From: Squalus acanthias | Lineage: Eukaryota | Length of the DNA stretch: 64,000 nucleotides | Assembly: GCA_030390025.1 (NCBI GenBank) | Contig: CM059431.1 | Span: 139,502,001 to 139,566,000 of the forward strand | Reading direction: 5' to 3' | Shown here: positions 36,480 through 49,084 of the stretch, piece after piece | Numbering within the stretch: position 1 is the stretch's first letter | How the letters are laid out: each line of letters starts with the position of its first letter | The notes under the pieces: generated by a model | What the model was told of the DNA's origin: nothing | The model's database searches: none | What the model saw: the letters and a program-made list of their open reading frames with translations, nothing else | Made by a program: the position numbers and the translations under genes

Positions 36480-37760
36480 TTTACTCTCATCCCAAACTTC
36501 AGCTCATTACTCATTATTGTTAATATCCCAACTAGTCTAATCCGAACTTCCTTCTGACTACCCATTACCGTTTATATCCCACCTAGTCTAATCCCAAACC
36601 TTCTATTCTCTACCCATTACTTTTACTATCCCACCTAGTCTAATCCCAAACTCCTGCTCACCACCCATTACTTTTAATATCCCACCAATCTAATCCCAAC
36701 ATCCTACTCACTACCCATCACCGTTAATATACCAACTATTCCAATCCCAACCTCCTGCTCACTACTCATTACCTTTAATATCCTACCAATCTAATCCCAA
36801 CCTCCTGTTCACTACCCATTACTGTTAAAATCCCACCTAGTCTAAGCCCAACCTCCTGCTCAATATCCATTACCGTTAATATCCCGCCTAGTTTAAACCC
36901 AATCTCCTGCTCATTACTGGTTACTGTTAATATCCCACCTAGTCTACTCCCAACCGGCTGCTCACTACCCATTACTATTAATATCCCACCTAGTCTAATC
37001 CCAACCTCCTGCTCACTGCCCATTACTATTAATATCCCACCTAGTCTAATCCCAACCTCCTGCTCACTGCCCATTACCGTTAATATCCCACCTAGTCTAA
37101 TGCCAACCTTCTGCTCACTACCCATTACCGTTAATATCCCACCTAGACTAATCGCAAACTCCTGCTCACTACCTATTACAGTTAATATCCCACCAAGTCT
37201 AATCCCAACCTCCTGCTCACTATGCATTACCGTTAATATCCCACTCAGTCTAATCGCAATCTCCTGCTCACTACCTATTACTTAATATCCCGCTTATTCT
37301 AATCGCAATCTCCTGCTCACGACGCATTACCGTTAATATCCCACCTAGTCTATTCCCAACCTCCTGGTCACTGCCCATTACTGTTAATATCCCACCTAGT
37401 CTAATCTCAACCTCCTGCTCACTACCCATTACCGTTAATATCACACCTAGTCTAATCCCAACCACCTGCTCACTACCCATTACCGTTAATATCCCACCTA
37501 GTCTAATCCCAACCTCCTGGTCACTGCCAATTACCGTTAATATCCCACCTAATCTAATCCCAACCTCCTGCTCACTACCCATTACTGTTAATATCACACC
37601 ATTCTAATCCCAACCTTATGCTCACTACCCATTACCGTTAATATCCCACCTAGTGAAATCCCAACCTCCTGCTCACTACCCATTACCGTTAATATCCCAC
37701 ATAGTCTAATCCCAACCTCCTGCTGGCCGCATTATGGTTAGTATCCCAATTAGTCCAGGT
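36480..37760. repeat. 51-bp minisatellite, ~24 copies
   Basis: Consensus TAATATCCCACCTAGTCTAATCCCAACCTCCTGCTCACTACCCATTACCGT. Confidence 0.95.
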
Positions 37761-38904
37761 GTATTCTTCTGTTCACCCCCATACTCCAACATTTCTTTCT
37801 TTCCACGCAGCAATAGAAATTGATTTTATCAATAAAATGTCGACTTGCTTCCACAATAGTTTGTGGGATTGATTATGCTTTCTAACCACCTCACGTGTAA
37901 ATAAATTTATCAACGTTCACCCCAATTCTTCGAATTAGCCCAAATATGTGCCCGCTGGCCAATCAGTGGAAACTATCCGTAACTATTTTTTTATAGTTAA
38001 TAATATAGTTAATAATATAATATATAGTTAATATAGTTAATAATATAGTTATATTTTATATAACTCTTCAGAATCTGAAGACTTGCAGCAACTCCTCACT
38101 TAATCTGCTCACCTCTGGTGGAATGAGCCCAACCTTCTCAAATCGCATCTCTAACAGTAACTCCACATCCCTGGTAACATCCATATGATTGTGCACGCCA
38201 GTTTATCCATTGCTTTTACATCCTATAAATGGAGTATCCAAACTTGTACACAACTGGGTAAATTACCTGCTCCTGTGCTCTTGGTGTGGAACGTCACTCC
38301 CTAGGGTGGAACATGTGGAAATTGAGATTATTCAGTCTGTCATTTGCCGTCCGCTCGCTTTAATGGTTTGGTTTCTGCACCATTTTGTTCCGTATTTGGG
38401 TGACTGGGGGATGACATAGTGGTAGTTTCATATTCTTGTAATAGGCTAGATTTTGCGGTAGAAATAACGGTGGGGTTAACAGCGCTCACTGTTAATAAAG
38501 TGTACATTGGACAGTAACTTCCAGCGACCGCACATGCGGAGTTAAACACGAAAATCATGCAGGTCCTGTCCGAGTTGCCCTGCGCTCCCAAAGCTGCACG
38601 AGAATGGTATCTCGCCGAGAGACTCGCCATTGAAATGCATGGAACGGCGTAATATTACTGTACTTGCCTGATAGATACACACGGAACTCACCAGGAAAAG
38701 TCGGGGCTTGCCTATTCCAGTGTAATTATTTGTTTAACGGCGTGATCAGTCTGAACTAATGCCAAACAACCTCTCTGGCACAAACAATTAACTTTTATAA
38801 GTGTGGAATTTCATTCTTTCTGATTTTAATTATTGTTGGAGCTGTACAAACAAAATTCAATAATGTTTGTACCTTTTCTTTCTGTCTCTTTTTTCGCTCC
38901 CTCT

Positions 38905-39298
38905 GAACATAAGAAGATAAGAAATATTAGCAGGAGTTGGACATTTATCCCTTCGAGCCTGTTCCGCCATTCAATAAGATCATGGCTGATCTTCTACCTC
39001 ATCCCCCCTTTCCTGCACTATCCACCTATCCCTTGATTCCCTGAAGATTCAAAAATCTATGGATCTCTGTCTTGAATATACTCAACGACTGAGTCTCCAC
39101 AGCCCTCTGGGGTAGAGAATTCCAAAGATTCAAGAGCCTCTGAGTGAAGAAATTTCTCCTTATCTCAGGACTAAATGGCCGACCCCTTTTTCTGAGACTG
39201 TGACCCCTGCTTGCAGACTCCCCAGCCAGGGGAAGCATCCTCCCTGCATCTACCCTGTCAAGCCCTGTAAGAATTTTGTATGTTGCAGTGAGATGCAT
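38905..39298 (-). mobile_element. CR1 LINE 3' end
   Basis: gaacataagaagataagaaat tail and YKILTGLDRVDA..FFTQRLLNLWNSLP. Confidence 0.9.
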
Positions 39299-39489
39299 TC
39301 TGAATCCAATCTTTCTTTCCCTCTCTTTATTTCATTTTCTGCATGTGATTTGACATTGCATTCTATATTCTAACTAATACTTCCTGGTTCAGTCTTTGCG
39401 TAAGGATTCTTCAAGCTGATTGGTTAAGGAAACATACAGTCGCTTCTCCTGTTCCCTCTAGAGGGCGCTGGGCGCTTTGGCTCTAATTT

Positions 39490-41350
39490 ACACTGACGAT
39501 GAAGGAACGGCGATATATGTTCAAGTCAGGATCGTATGTTACTTGAAGTGAAACTTGGAGGTAGTGGTGTTTCCATGCGGATGCTGCTCTTGTCCTTCTA
39601 GGTAGCAGAGGCCGCGGGTTTGAGAGGTGCTGGCAGAGAAGCCTTGGTGAACTGCTGCAGTTCTTTCTGTAAATAGTACACACTGCAGCTATGGTGCACC
39701 GGTGGTGGAGGGATTCGATGTTTAACGTGGTGGGTGGGCAGCCGATGAAGCGTATTTCTCTGTCATGGATTGAGTGGAGCATCTTGAGTGTTGTTGCAGC
39801 TGTACCTATCCAGGCAAGTGGAGAGTTTTCCATCACACGCCGCAGTTGTACCTTGTAGATGCAGGAGAGACTCCTGGGTGGCCAGGAGGTGTGCCACTCG
39901 CCACAGACGACTCAACCACTGACCTGCTCTAGCAGCCAAGAGTTTTGTTGTGGCTAGTCAATTGTAGGGATTTGAAGATGGCAATGCCAGTGAATGACAA
40001 AGGGACATGGTTGGACTCTCTTGTGGGAGATGGGCATTGCCTGACACTTGTGGGGCGCGAATATTACTTGTCTCTTGTCCGCCCAAGCCTAGATTTTGTC
40101 CAGGACTTGCTGCATGCGAGCATGGACCGCTTCATTATCTGACGAATTGAAAATGGAGCTGAACACTAAATCATCAGAGAACATCCCCACTCCTTGCTTT
40201 ATGATGGTGGGAAGGTAATTGACGGAGCAGCTGAAATGGTTCGTCCGAAGACTCTGCCCCGAGGAACTCCTGCAGTGATGTCCTGGTGCTGAGACGATTC
40301 GCCTCCAACAACCACACTCCTTGGGGCCACACACGTCGAACACTGCCTTGATGTCGAGCACAGTCACTCTCACCTCACAGCTGGAATTCAGCTCTTTGGT
40401 CCATGTTTGGAGCTGATTGGTCCTGGTGGAACTCAAACTGAGTGTCGGTGAGCAGCTTATTTGTGATTAAGTGCTGCTTAATAGCATGTTGATAACTCCT
40501 TCCAACACTTTGATCATGATTGAGAGCAGGCTGATAGGGCGGTAATTGATCGGGTTGGATTTGTCCTGCTCTATGTAGACAGGACAAACTTGGACAATTC
40601 TCTACATTGTCGTGTAGATACCAGTGTTGTGGATGTGCTGGAACAACTTGACTAGAGGTGCGGTTAGTTCCAGAGCACAGATCTTCAACACCACAGCCAG
40701 AATGTTGACGGGACCTTTTAGCATTTGCTGTGCCTAGTACATTCATTTGTTTCTTGATTTCGGAATGCGGGGGAAGTGGCATTAAATCTCCCACCTACTG
40801 TACATTCTGGACCTTATGTCACCTTTAGTGCTTTCTCCAAGTTGTGTTAAAAATGGAGGAGTACTGATTCATCGGCTGAGGGAGGGCAGAAGGTGGTAAT
40901 CAGCAGGTTTCCTTGCCCATGTTTGACCTGAAGTCATGAGATTTCCTTGGCTCCGGAGTCAATGTTAATGATTCCCAGGGCACTTGCATCTGAGTGTCTA
41001 TCACTGTGCCCCACCACTGGTGGGCCTGTCCTGCCGGTGAGACAGGAAACACCGATCAAAGTTAATGATTCCCAGGGCACTTGCATCTGAGGGTATATCA
41101 CTGTGGCCCACCACTGGTGGGTCTGTCCTGCCGGTGGGACAGGAATTGCTGATGGAGGTGCCTGGGCCGTTGGCTAATAAATATGATTTTATAAGTATTA
41201 CTACGTGAAAAATTTGATTTAGTAATGTGTGGTCCAGTTCTCCCTACTTTGGCACAAGTCCCCAGGAGTTAGTGAGGAGGGCTTTACAGGGTTGACTGGG
41301 CTGGGTGTTCCTTTGTCGTCTCTGAATCCAGTGCCGAAGCCGAGCGGTCC
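39490..41350 (-). mobile_element. Decayed non-LTR retrotransposon of a different family (L2/Crack/CR1 group)
   Basis: LDIKAVFD, MFSDD, PLAW..AATTLK and SLHHR..AAVC..YR remnants across frameshifted - strand ORFs. Confidence 0.75.
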
Positions 41351-42383
41351 GCCCGGTTTTATTCTTCTATATCTTTCTTTCCAAAGGCTTTCTCCGCCAT
41401 TTCAGAGGCCACCACATTGGTGAAGGACTGAGTCATATATAGACCAGGCGTAAAGGACATTAGGTTTTCCGACAATCTTTACTAATATCAGCTATTTATT
41501 TCGAAATATTTCAAATTCGATTATAAATTCAGGAAACGACCACGAATTGCATTGAACCGTTGTCTGTGGATTACTCGTCCAGTAATATAACGAACACACT
41601 ATCGTTCTCGACGCCTCGTCATCTGTGTGCATTGTCTGATTGCACCTCTGTGAAGTGCCTTTCAACGATTTATTTTCTGCTTTAAAGGCGTTATATAAAT
41701 GTAAGCTTTGATGAAGAAAGTCCTGACCCCACCAACCTCATTGCTGGATATCTGTTCCCGGTTACCGAGGTTTCAGACCGGCAGCGGATGTGTCAAATAA
41801 TGGGTGCCAAGACATTTCAGTTACCGAGGGAACAAATGATTCGATTTTTCATATTTATTTTAATTGTTCGATTCTCCGGCTCTATACATCAACAGCGATT
41901 GTTTCAATTAGTCAGCGATAATATCTCAGAAAGTTTTCTAGTTGCTTCTCTCACTTCAGACTCATTCCTTCCCTGTAACTGGAGTTCTGACTCGCTTCTG
42001 CTTTATTTCTAATTAAATCACAAAGTGGGGCAGCAGGAAAAAATGTGAGAAACGAGTGTATCATATCGTCAATCAGTAATCTGATGTCATGTTGGACACG
42101 AAAGGAGAGAGAAAACTAATCACATTCAAACTGCTGCAGATTCTCAGTGATTCCTTTCTCTCCTGGAACTAAAATTCATCACATTTCTTTGTCGTTAATG
42201 GTGAATCAAGATGTTTACAGAATATTCAGCCCATGTTCAGAATGGATCAGTACCCGTCCCAGTGACTGTTTTCTCTGCTCAAAACAACTGAGAGATCCCA
42301 TCACTGTGCAGATCATTTCCTTCTCATTCTCGGTGTTTATCTTTCACTCCGCTCCTCACTATATTCATTATTATTCTTTACAG

Positions 42384-42555
42384 AAAGTCACTGATCTCGT
42401 GGAGAAGGGAAACCGGGCGGACAGTTCCAAACTTCTCCTGAATCTGGTGATGGAGAAAGGCTCTCTGGCCCGAAGGGTGATGTGGGAATTCTTTGTGAAA
42501 ATGCGCCATGGGGTGCCAAAGCTGAACAAAATACTGAAAGATATACAGGAACTTG
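42384..42555 (+). CDS. NLR coding exon 3, second half of the CARD-like domain
   Basis: Acceptor tttacag, KVTDLVEKG..SSKLLLNLVMEKGSLARRVMW..., donor gtacgg (phase 0 to 1). Confidence 0.85.
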
Positions 42556-42660
42556 GTACGGTAAAAACACACACTCAACACAAATATTAATTTAAACACT
42601 GAAGACTTTACTATAATATTACACAGATCTGATTTCATGAAAGTTAATTGATTTAAACAG

Positions 42661-42726
42661 ATTCTGATCCATTTGATTACATGAACATCGCACGAGGCTT
42701 ATCCGAAGTACCCACTCACCTGAAAG
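42661..42726 (+). CDS. NLR coding exon 4 (linker)
   Basis: Acceptor aaacag, 66 nt open (DSDPFDYMNIARGLSEVPTHLK), donor gtaagt (phase 1 to 1). Confidence 0.8.
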
Positions 42727-43004
42727 GTAAGTGAGGAAATGAAGATTTAAAAACTTTTATTTCACATGTGAGTATCACAATGTTTGACAGCGGCCAATTG
42801 TTTAGAGGTTGTCGGAACCTCGGAATCAGAATTTCAAACCTGGAAAAATGAGAGTGAACGTCATTTACATTTGTCATCATTCCAAAACTATTCTGTATAG
42901 GTTCAAATTACAATTCCGAAGTTTTCTGACGTTTACTTTAAATATGCGGATGTGGCATCATTTCACTAAATCCAGCTGCTGATCTCTATCACTTGTGAAG
43001 ACTT

Positions 43005-43712
43005 ATAAACACCTGGCAGGATCCCGATACACTGTGAAACCCCATAAACACCTGGCAGGATCGTGATACACTGTGAAACCCCATACACACCTGGCAGGAT
43101 CCTGATACACTGTAAAACCCCACACACCTGGCAGAAACTCGATACACTGAAACCGCATACACATCTGGCAGGATCCTGAAACACTGTGAAACCCCATACA
43201 CACCTGCCAGGATCCTGATACGCTGCGTAACCCCAAACACACCTGGCAGGATCCTGATACACTCTGAAACCCCATACACACCTGGCAGGATCCTGATGCA
43301 CTGTGAAACTCCATACACACCTGGCAGGATCCCGATACACGGTGAAACCCAATACATACCTGGCAGGATCCTGATACACTGTGAAACCCCATACACACCT
43401 GGCAGGATCATTTTAAACTGAAACCCCATACACACCTGGCAGGATCCCGATACACTGTGAAACCCCATACACACCTGGCAGGATCCTGATACACTGTGAA
43501 ACCCCATACACATTTGGGAGGATCCTAATACACTGTGAAACCCCATACACACCTGGCAGGATTCCGATACACTGTAAAACCCCATACAGACATGGACGTA
43601 TCCCGATACACTGTGAAACTCCATACACACCTGGCAGGATTCCGATACACTGTAAAACCCCATACACACATGGACGGATCCCGATACACTGTGAAACATC
43701 ATACACACCTGA
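43005..43712. repeat. 39-bp minisatellite, ~18 copies
   Basis: Consensus ACACCTGGCAGGATCCTGATACACTGTGAAACCCCATAC. Confidence 0.95.
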
Positions 43713-43819
43713 ATGAAAGGACCTTGAGCCTGATGTGCAAGTTACTGTGCCCCTGTGCTTCTATTCCAGCATAAACTGTCGGAAAAATCGTTCAGAAATA
43801 GGAAAGAGTGAAGTAGTGA

Positions 43820-44285
43820 CACACAAACTGTGGAACTTCTGTCCATTCACAATTTCTCCCTGTCCCAGTGCCCACACTGCCCCAGATAACCTTCCCAAGG
43901 TCTGACACTTAACGGTGGAATTTCTGTCCATTCAGTCTGTCCCCCTCCCAGTGTCAACACTACTCCAGATAACCTGCCCAATGACTGACACAGCCAACGG
44001 TGTAACTTCTGTATATTCAGAGTCTGTCCCTCTCCCAGTGCCCACACTGCCCCAGATAACCTGCCTAGGACCAGACACACTAACGGGTGAAAATCTGTAC
44101 ATTCATATTCTGTTCCTCTCCCAGTGCCCACACTACCCCAGATAACCTGCCCAAGGTCTGACACACTAATGCTGCAACTTATGTCCATTCACAGTCTGAC
44201 CCTCTCCCAGTGCGCACACTAACCCAGATAACCTGCCCAGGGTTTCACACACTAACGGCGGATCTTCTGCACATTGTCCCTCTCG
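43820..44285. repeat. ~86-bp tandem repeat, ~5 copies
   Basis: Recurring cccagtgcccacactgccccagataacctgccc at ~84-87 bp spacing. Confidence 0.9.
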
Positions 44286-44694
44286 GTGAGCAACCAATCC
44301 CGTTTTCCACTGCGGTAGAAGGGAAGCACCACTGACGGTTTCAGAGATTGATCCACTAGAACCTCTACTATCGTATAAACAGGATCATGTGTGGATTTAT
44401 AATGAGCTGTCGAGAGTACAGAGCAGGCCGGATAGTAATGGCCATTAGAGGGAAAATATCACCTTCATAGAAATCTCCATGTTCAGTGAATATTAGAATC
44501 AAGTGAGGAATTGAATCTTTTCTCTGCCATTGTTCACTTTCAAATGAGGTTTCCATCAACTGAGTTAAATTTCTACACGCACCTCTATAGAAGCTGTGAA
44601 TTGAATCTTGCAATATTTTACTGAACATTAAATAGTATTGAGAAGTTGTTTTTTGGCAATACAACTAACATTGAAAAACACTTTCTAATTGAAC

Positions 44695-46432
44695 ATATTC
44701 AACAGAAACACAAGGAAACACTGCGGGTACAAACTGAAACACTGAGAGTGAACACTATCCTAATAAAGGAGAAGGTTAAGATTTTCCAGCTGGTTGATCG
44801 ATACGCTGAGCTAACGGTCATTTCTAATGTTCGAGATCGGACACTTGTCGAACATGAACTGCTGGCAAGAGGCCGGGACCATGAAGAGTGGAGAGAGAAA
44901 CATCTCCGGGGAGAACTGGAGAAAATCCGAACTGATCAATTGTTCCACAGCAGTTTCTCCCGGAGAGAATCCAAATCTGGGAGTTCATCAGCAGTGAGCG
45001 GAGTCCCGGGGATTGGAAAAACAACGATGGTACAAAAGATTGTTCATGACTGGGCCACTGGGAAAATATACCCACACTTTCAATTTGTCTTCAGTTTTAA
45101 ATTCCGGGATTTGAATGCTATTAACTGTAGAATAAACCTGAGGAATCTGATACTGGATCAGTATCCTTACTTTGGGAATATTCTGGGAGAGCTCTGGAAG
45201 AACACAGAGGAATTGCTTTTTATATTCGATGGTTTGGATGAATTCAAGGAGAGCATCGATTTTGCTGACAATCGGAGAAATACAGAACCTCAGCACATGT
45301 GCACAGATCCCGAATGCTGGTGTGAAGTGTCTGACATTGTGTACAGTTTAATACAGCACAAGCTGCTCCCAGGATGTTCAGTGCTAGTGACAAGCCGCCC
45401 CACTGCATTACATTTATTGGAAAAGGCTGAGATCAGTGTCTGGGCTGAAATCCTGGGATTTGTCGGTGAAGAACGGAAGGAATATTTCAACAAGTTTTTT
45501 GACGATCAGACGGTGGCAGGAGCTGTTTTCAAACATGTGGAGGAGAACGAGATCCTGTACACCATGTACTACAACCCTTCCTACTGCTGGATCCTCGGTC
45601 TGTCACTGGGTCCCTTCTTTACACAAAGATACAGGAATCAGCAGCGAGTTCCCAAGACCATCACCCAACTATATTCCGACTATATTTACAACATTCTGAA
45701 AAACCATGGCCGAGAGATTGAAAGCCCCCGTGATGTGTTACTGAAGGTCGGGGAGATGGCCTTCACAGGAGTCTCCGAGAAGAAGATTGTGTTTAGTCAT
45801 GGAGATTTGATCAAGTACAATCTGCAACCTTCCCAATTCCTGTCTGGGTTCATGATGGAACTTTTGGAGAGAGGTGATTCTGCCCAGAGCGTGGTGTACA
45901 CATTCCCGCACCTCACCATCCAAGAGTTTGTAGCCGCACTCGCACAATTCCTGACTCCAGATCCTGGGGACACCCTGAAACTTCTCAGATAAGCCCACAG
46001 CAATGAAGATGGGCGATTTGAGATATTTCTCCGTTTTGTTGCTGGTCTCTCCTCCCCACAGGCAGCTAGGCCCCTGGAGGAGTTTCTGGGTCCATTTCTT
46101 CATCAAACCACCTGCCGAGTGATTGACTGGGTGAAGGAGAATGTTGAAGGAAAGATTGGAAACACATCGAGTGAAACTGGTAAAAGGGACCTCCTGAACA
46201 CATTCCACTACCTGTTTGAGTCTCAGAATACAGCACTGGCTCGGGCCACAGTGGGATCTGTGGAATCACTTTCATTTAGTCGATTGACATTGACCCCGAT
46301 TGACTCTGCGGTCCTGTCTCATGTTATTGGACTCTGTGACACAATAAAACATCTCGATCTTGCGTTCTGCTTCATACAGTGTGAAGGACTCCAGCGGCTG
46401 GGACCCGTACTGCACAAATGCTGGGTTTTGAG
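44695..46432 (+). pseudogene. NLR exon 5: NACHT, winged-helix, HD2 and first LRR, with an in-frame TAA
   Basis: Walker A GVPGIGKT, Walker B LLFIFDGLDE, VLVTSRP, NPSYCWI and YTFPHLTIQEFVAA. ORFs 44646-45992 and 46119-46436 share one frame. Donor gtaact at 46433. Confidence 0.95.
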
Positions 46433-47339
46433 GTAACTGTTTATTTGTCTCTAACTATTGGGTGAATTGTAGAACAGTCACGGATTGTGTTGTTGCTACG
46501 TAATGAACGGAAACAAACAGTTCAGTTAAACCAGAGAGATTCAGATTCAACACAAATATGACCAATAATAAGAGGATCCTTCGTAATTCCCCAAGGACTG
46601 GAGAATCTAAAATGGATCCTTGTGAACAAGTACGGATTTTACAGTCTTTATCAGTTCAGCAATTACAGGTCATTTAGAGTCTGATAATTTAATTACAATA
46701 AATCATATTTGATAAGGCTGGACAGCGGAAGGTAACCATAAAATATAATACGGCAGTAAAGATAAAATTAATTTAAAATATTTTCCACATCCACCATTTC
46801 AACTGGAAACAGGAGAGCATCTCAAGTTTAAATCAATAACAGTTCGATATTTACTTCAATAACTTGGAGGTTGTGCCTTGTAAAGGGTTTATTTTGCTGG
46901 ATTGGGAATATTGGGTAATCGGGAATACTTTCAGCTGTAAATGTTTACAATTATACACAGTGCTGAACATTGAGTAAAGATTGATATTCAGTATCTTAAA
47001 TCCGCCGGTAAAAAGGTTCCAATCCCACGTGTTGTGGGGTAGTTGCCCCGGAGTACAGACACACACCGGCCAGCGGTGGGACCTCGCACACAGCGGGCGG
47101 CTCCTGGGTAAACCGGGGACAGTGAACCCGGGAATTCCCCATCATTCGTCCCCTGTGTGTGAGGCCCCGCTCGGGGAGGGAACTTCCGAAAATTCCCCCA
47201 AAACGGTCAGGCCATTTACACCTGAAATAATTGTAGAGCCAGTTTAATGGGGAATAAAGTGAGAGACTCCCCTCGCCAATAAACTAGGAGCACAGGGACA
47301 TTTAAAACTTGTAACGGGACAGAATAAACTCTATTGCTG

Positions 47340-48640
47340 CAATTGACAAACATTCACTTTAAGCCCTCTAACTCCCACAGCTACCTGGAATACACTTCCT
47401 CCCACCTCGCTTCCTGTAAGGAATCTGCTCCATTCTCGCAGTTTTTCTGTATATGCCGCATCTGCTCTGACGATGCCACCTTCCATACTAGTGCTTCCGA
47501 CATGTCTTCCTTTTTCTCCAACCGAGAATTCCGCTCTGCAGTGGTTGACACGGCTCTTGACCATGTCCATTCTATTTCCCGCACTTTTGCTCTCACCCCT
47601 TCCCCTCCCTCCCGGAACCACGATAGGGTTCCCCTTGTCCTCACCTTTCACCCCACCAGCCTCTGCATTCAACGGATTATCATCCGCCACGTCCAGCGTG
47701 GTCCCACCACCAAACACATCTTCCCCTCCACTCCCCTTTCAGAATTCTGAAGGGAGCGCTCCCTCCATGACGCCCTGGTCCAGTCCTCAATCACCCCCAA
47801 CACCCCTTTCCCTTCCCAGGGCACCTTTCCATGCAAGCACAGGAGATGCAACAACTGTCTATTTATCTCTTCCCTTCCCACTGTCCAGGGCCCCAAACAC
47901 TCCTTCCAGGTAAAACAGCGATTTACTTGTACTTCTTGCAATTTAGTATACAGTATTCACTGCTCACAATGTGGTCTCCTCTACATTGGGGAGACATGAC
48001 GCAGATTGGCTGACCGCTGTGCGGAACACCTCCGATCGGTCTGTGAGTGTCACCCCGAGCTTCTGGTCGCTTATCGCTTTAATTCTCAGCTCCAATCCCA
48101 CTCTGATCTCTCTGTTCTCGACCTCTAACACTCTTCCAACAAAGTACAACATACGATTGAGGAACAGCACCTCATCTTTCAATTAGGCATTTTACAGCCC
48201 TCTGGACTCGACATCGAGTTCAACAATTTCAGACAATAAACTCCTCCCCTATTTTATTTTATCATATTTTTTCCTTTTCCCTTTTTTTCCCTCTCGCATG
48301 ACAGCTGTTGATGATTCTGCCATTGCTATTCACACCTCATCTAGATTCATCTTTTTATTATTAACTTGTCCCATTACCATCTCCTTTTGCCTTGCACCAT
48401 CATCCCTTTTGTCTTTTAATCTCTCCTGTCTTCCACCCTATCACAGACCATCCCTTTTGTTCTTTCCTCCGCTCCCCGCCCCCCATCTTTCCCTGCCGCT
48501 ACACTTGCTTAAAAACCTGTTACATCTGTAACTTTTTCCAGTTCTGACGAAGGGAATTCCACCTGAAACATTAACTCTGTTTCTCTCTCTATAGATGTTG
48601 CCTGACCTGCTGGGTATTTCCAGCATTTTCTGTTCTTAAA
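47340..48640 (+). mobile_element. Penelope-like element, 5'-truncated (RT thumb, GIY-YIG, family A pLTR)
   Basis: FKPSNSHSYLEYTSSH..PFSQF..RICSDD and NLVYSIHCSQCGLLYIGET. Decayed hammerhead at 48540-48576. Shows family A repeats are this element's 3' end. Confidence 0.9.
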
Positions 48641-48679
48641 TCAGTATAAATTCTCCTTGTTATATAAAATCCTGGGGGA

Positions 48680-48826
48680 CGGATTTTACAGCAGCAGTGA
48701 GCGTTCCACAATATAACTCACCCCGGGATATTGTACAGATTAATATAATGCACAGAGTATAAAGTACAGGGAATCACCGCTTTATCATTTAATTGAGGGA
48801 AAATCGCCCCATTCCTGTAAAATCCG
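48680..48826. mobile_element. Possible ~150 bp MITE
   Basis: Perfect 12-bp inverted repeat CGGATTTTACAG / CTGTAAAATCCG, resembling the Harbinger-type GGATTTT termini. Confidence 0.45.
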
Positions 48827-49084
48827 GGATTTAAGGAGCAGCAGAAATGAGACAATTTTCCCCAAACTTGTCTCAGCGGGTCACTGCGCTCCAGGAGGGT
48901 AATTCTGATCATCAGGGAATGAGACTGAACTGAGGAACATTTAAAGGCGTCACACAGACAGCACTTTATTTAATAAATACATTTACTGACAGTTCCTGAA
49001 TATATGCGCAGTTGGACAGAATGAGATTCATTGCCAGTGACAGGAAGGGGATAATTATGCAGGGGTTGGCAGGTCCGGTGGGAA

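Noticed and set aside
36775..37597. Repetitive ORFs (GSEQEVGIRLGGILTVM)n
   Set aside because: By-product of a 51-bp unit divisible by three. Antisense within an intron and broken by indels.
40963..41145. ~97-bp direct repeat as a regulatory element
   Set aside because: A simple internal tandem duplication within a decayed LINE.
42966..43774. Cys-rich repetitive ORFs up to 239 aa
   Set aside because: The 39-bp minisatellite is open in several frames at once, with no splice or start context.
44646..44694. TTG start of the 448-aa NACHT ORF as a real N-terminus
   Set aside because: This stretch looks intronic, and upstream exons supply a Kozak ATG.
45990..45992. Programmed readthrough or selenocysteine at the NLR and GCNT stops
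   Set aside because: The stops are TAA-G and TAG-G, not TGA or a known leaky context. Single G-to-T changes of Glu codons explain both more simply.
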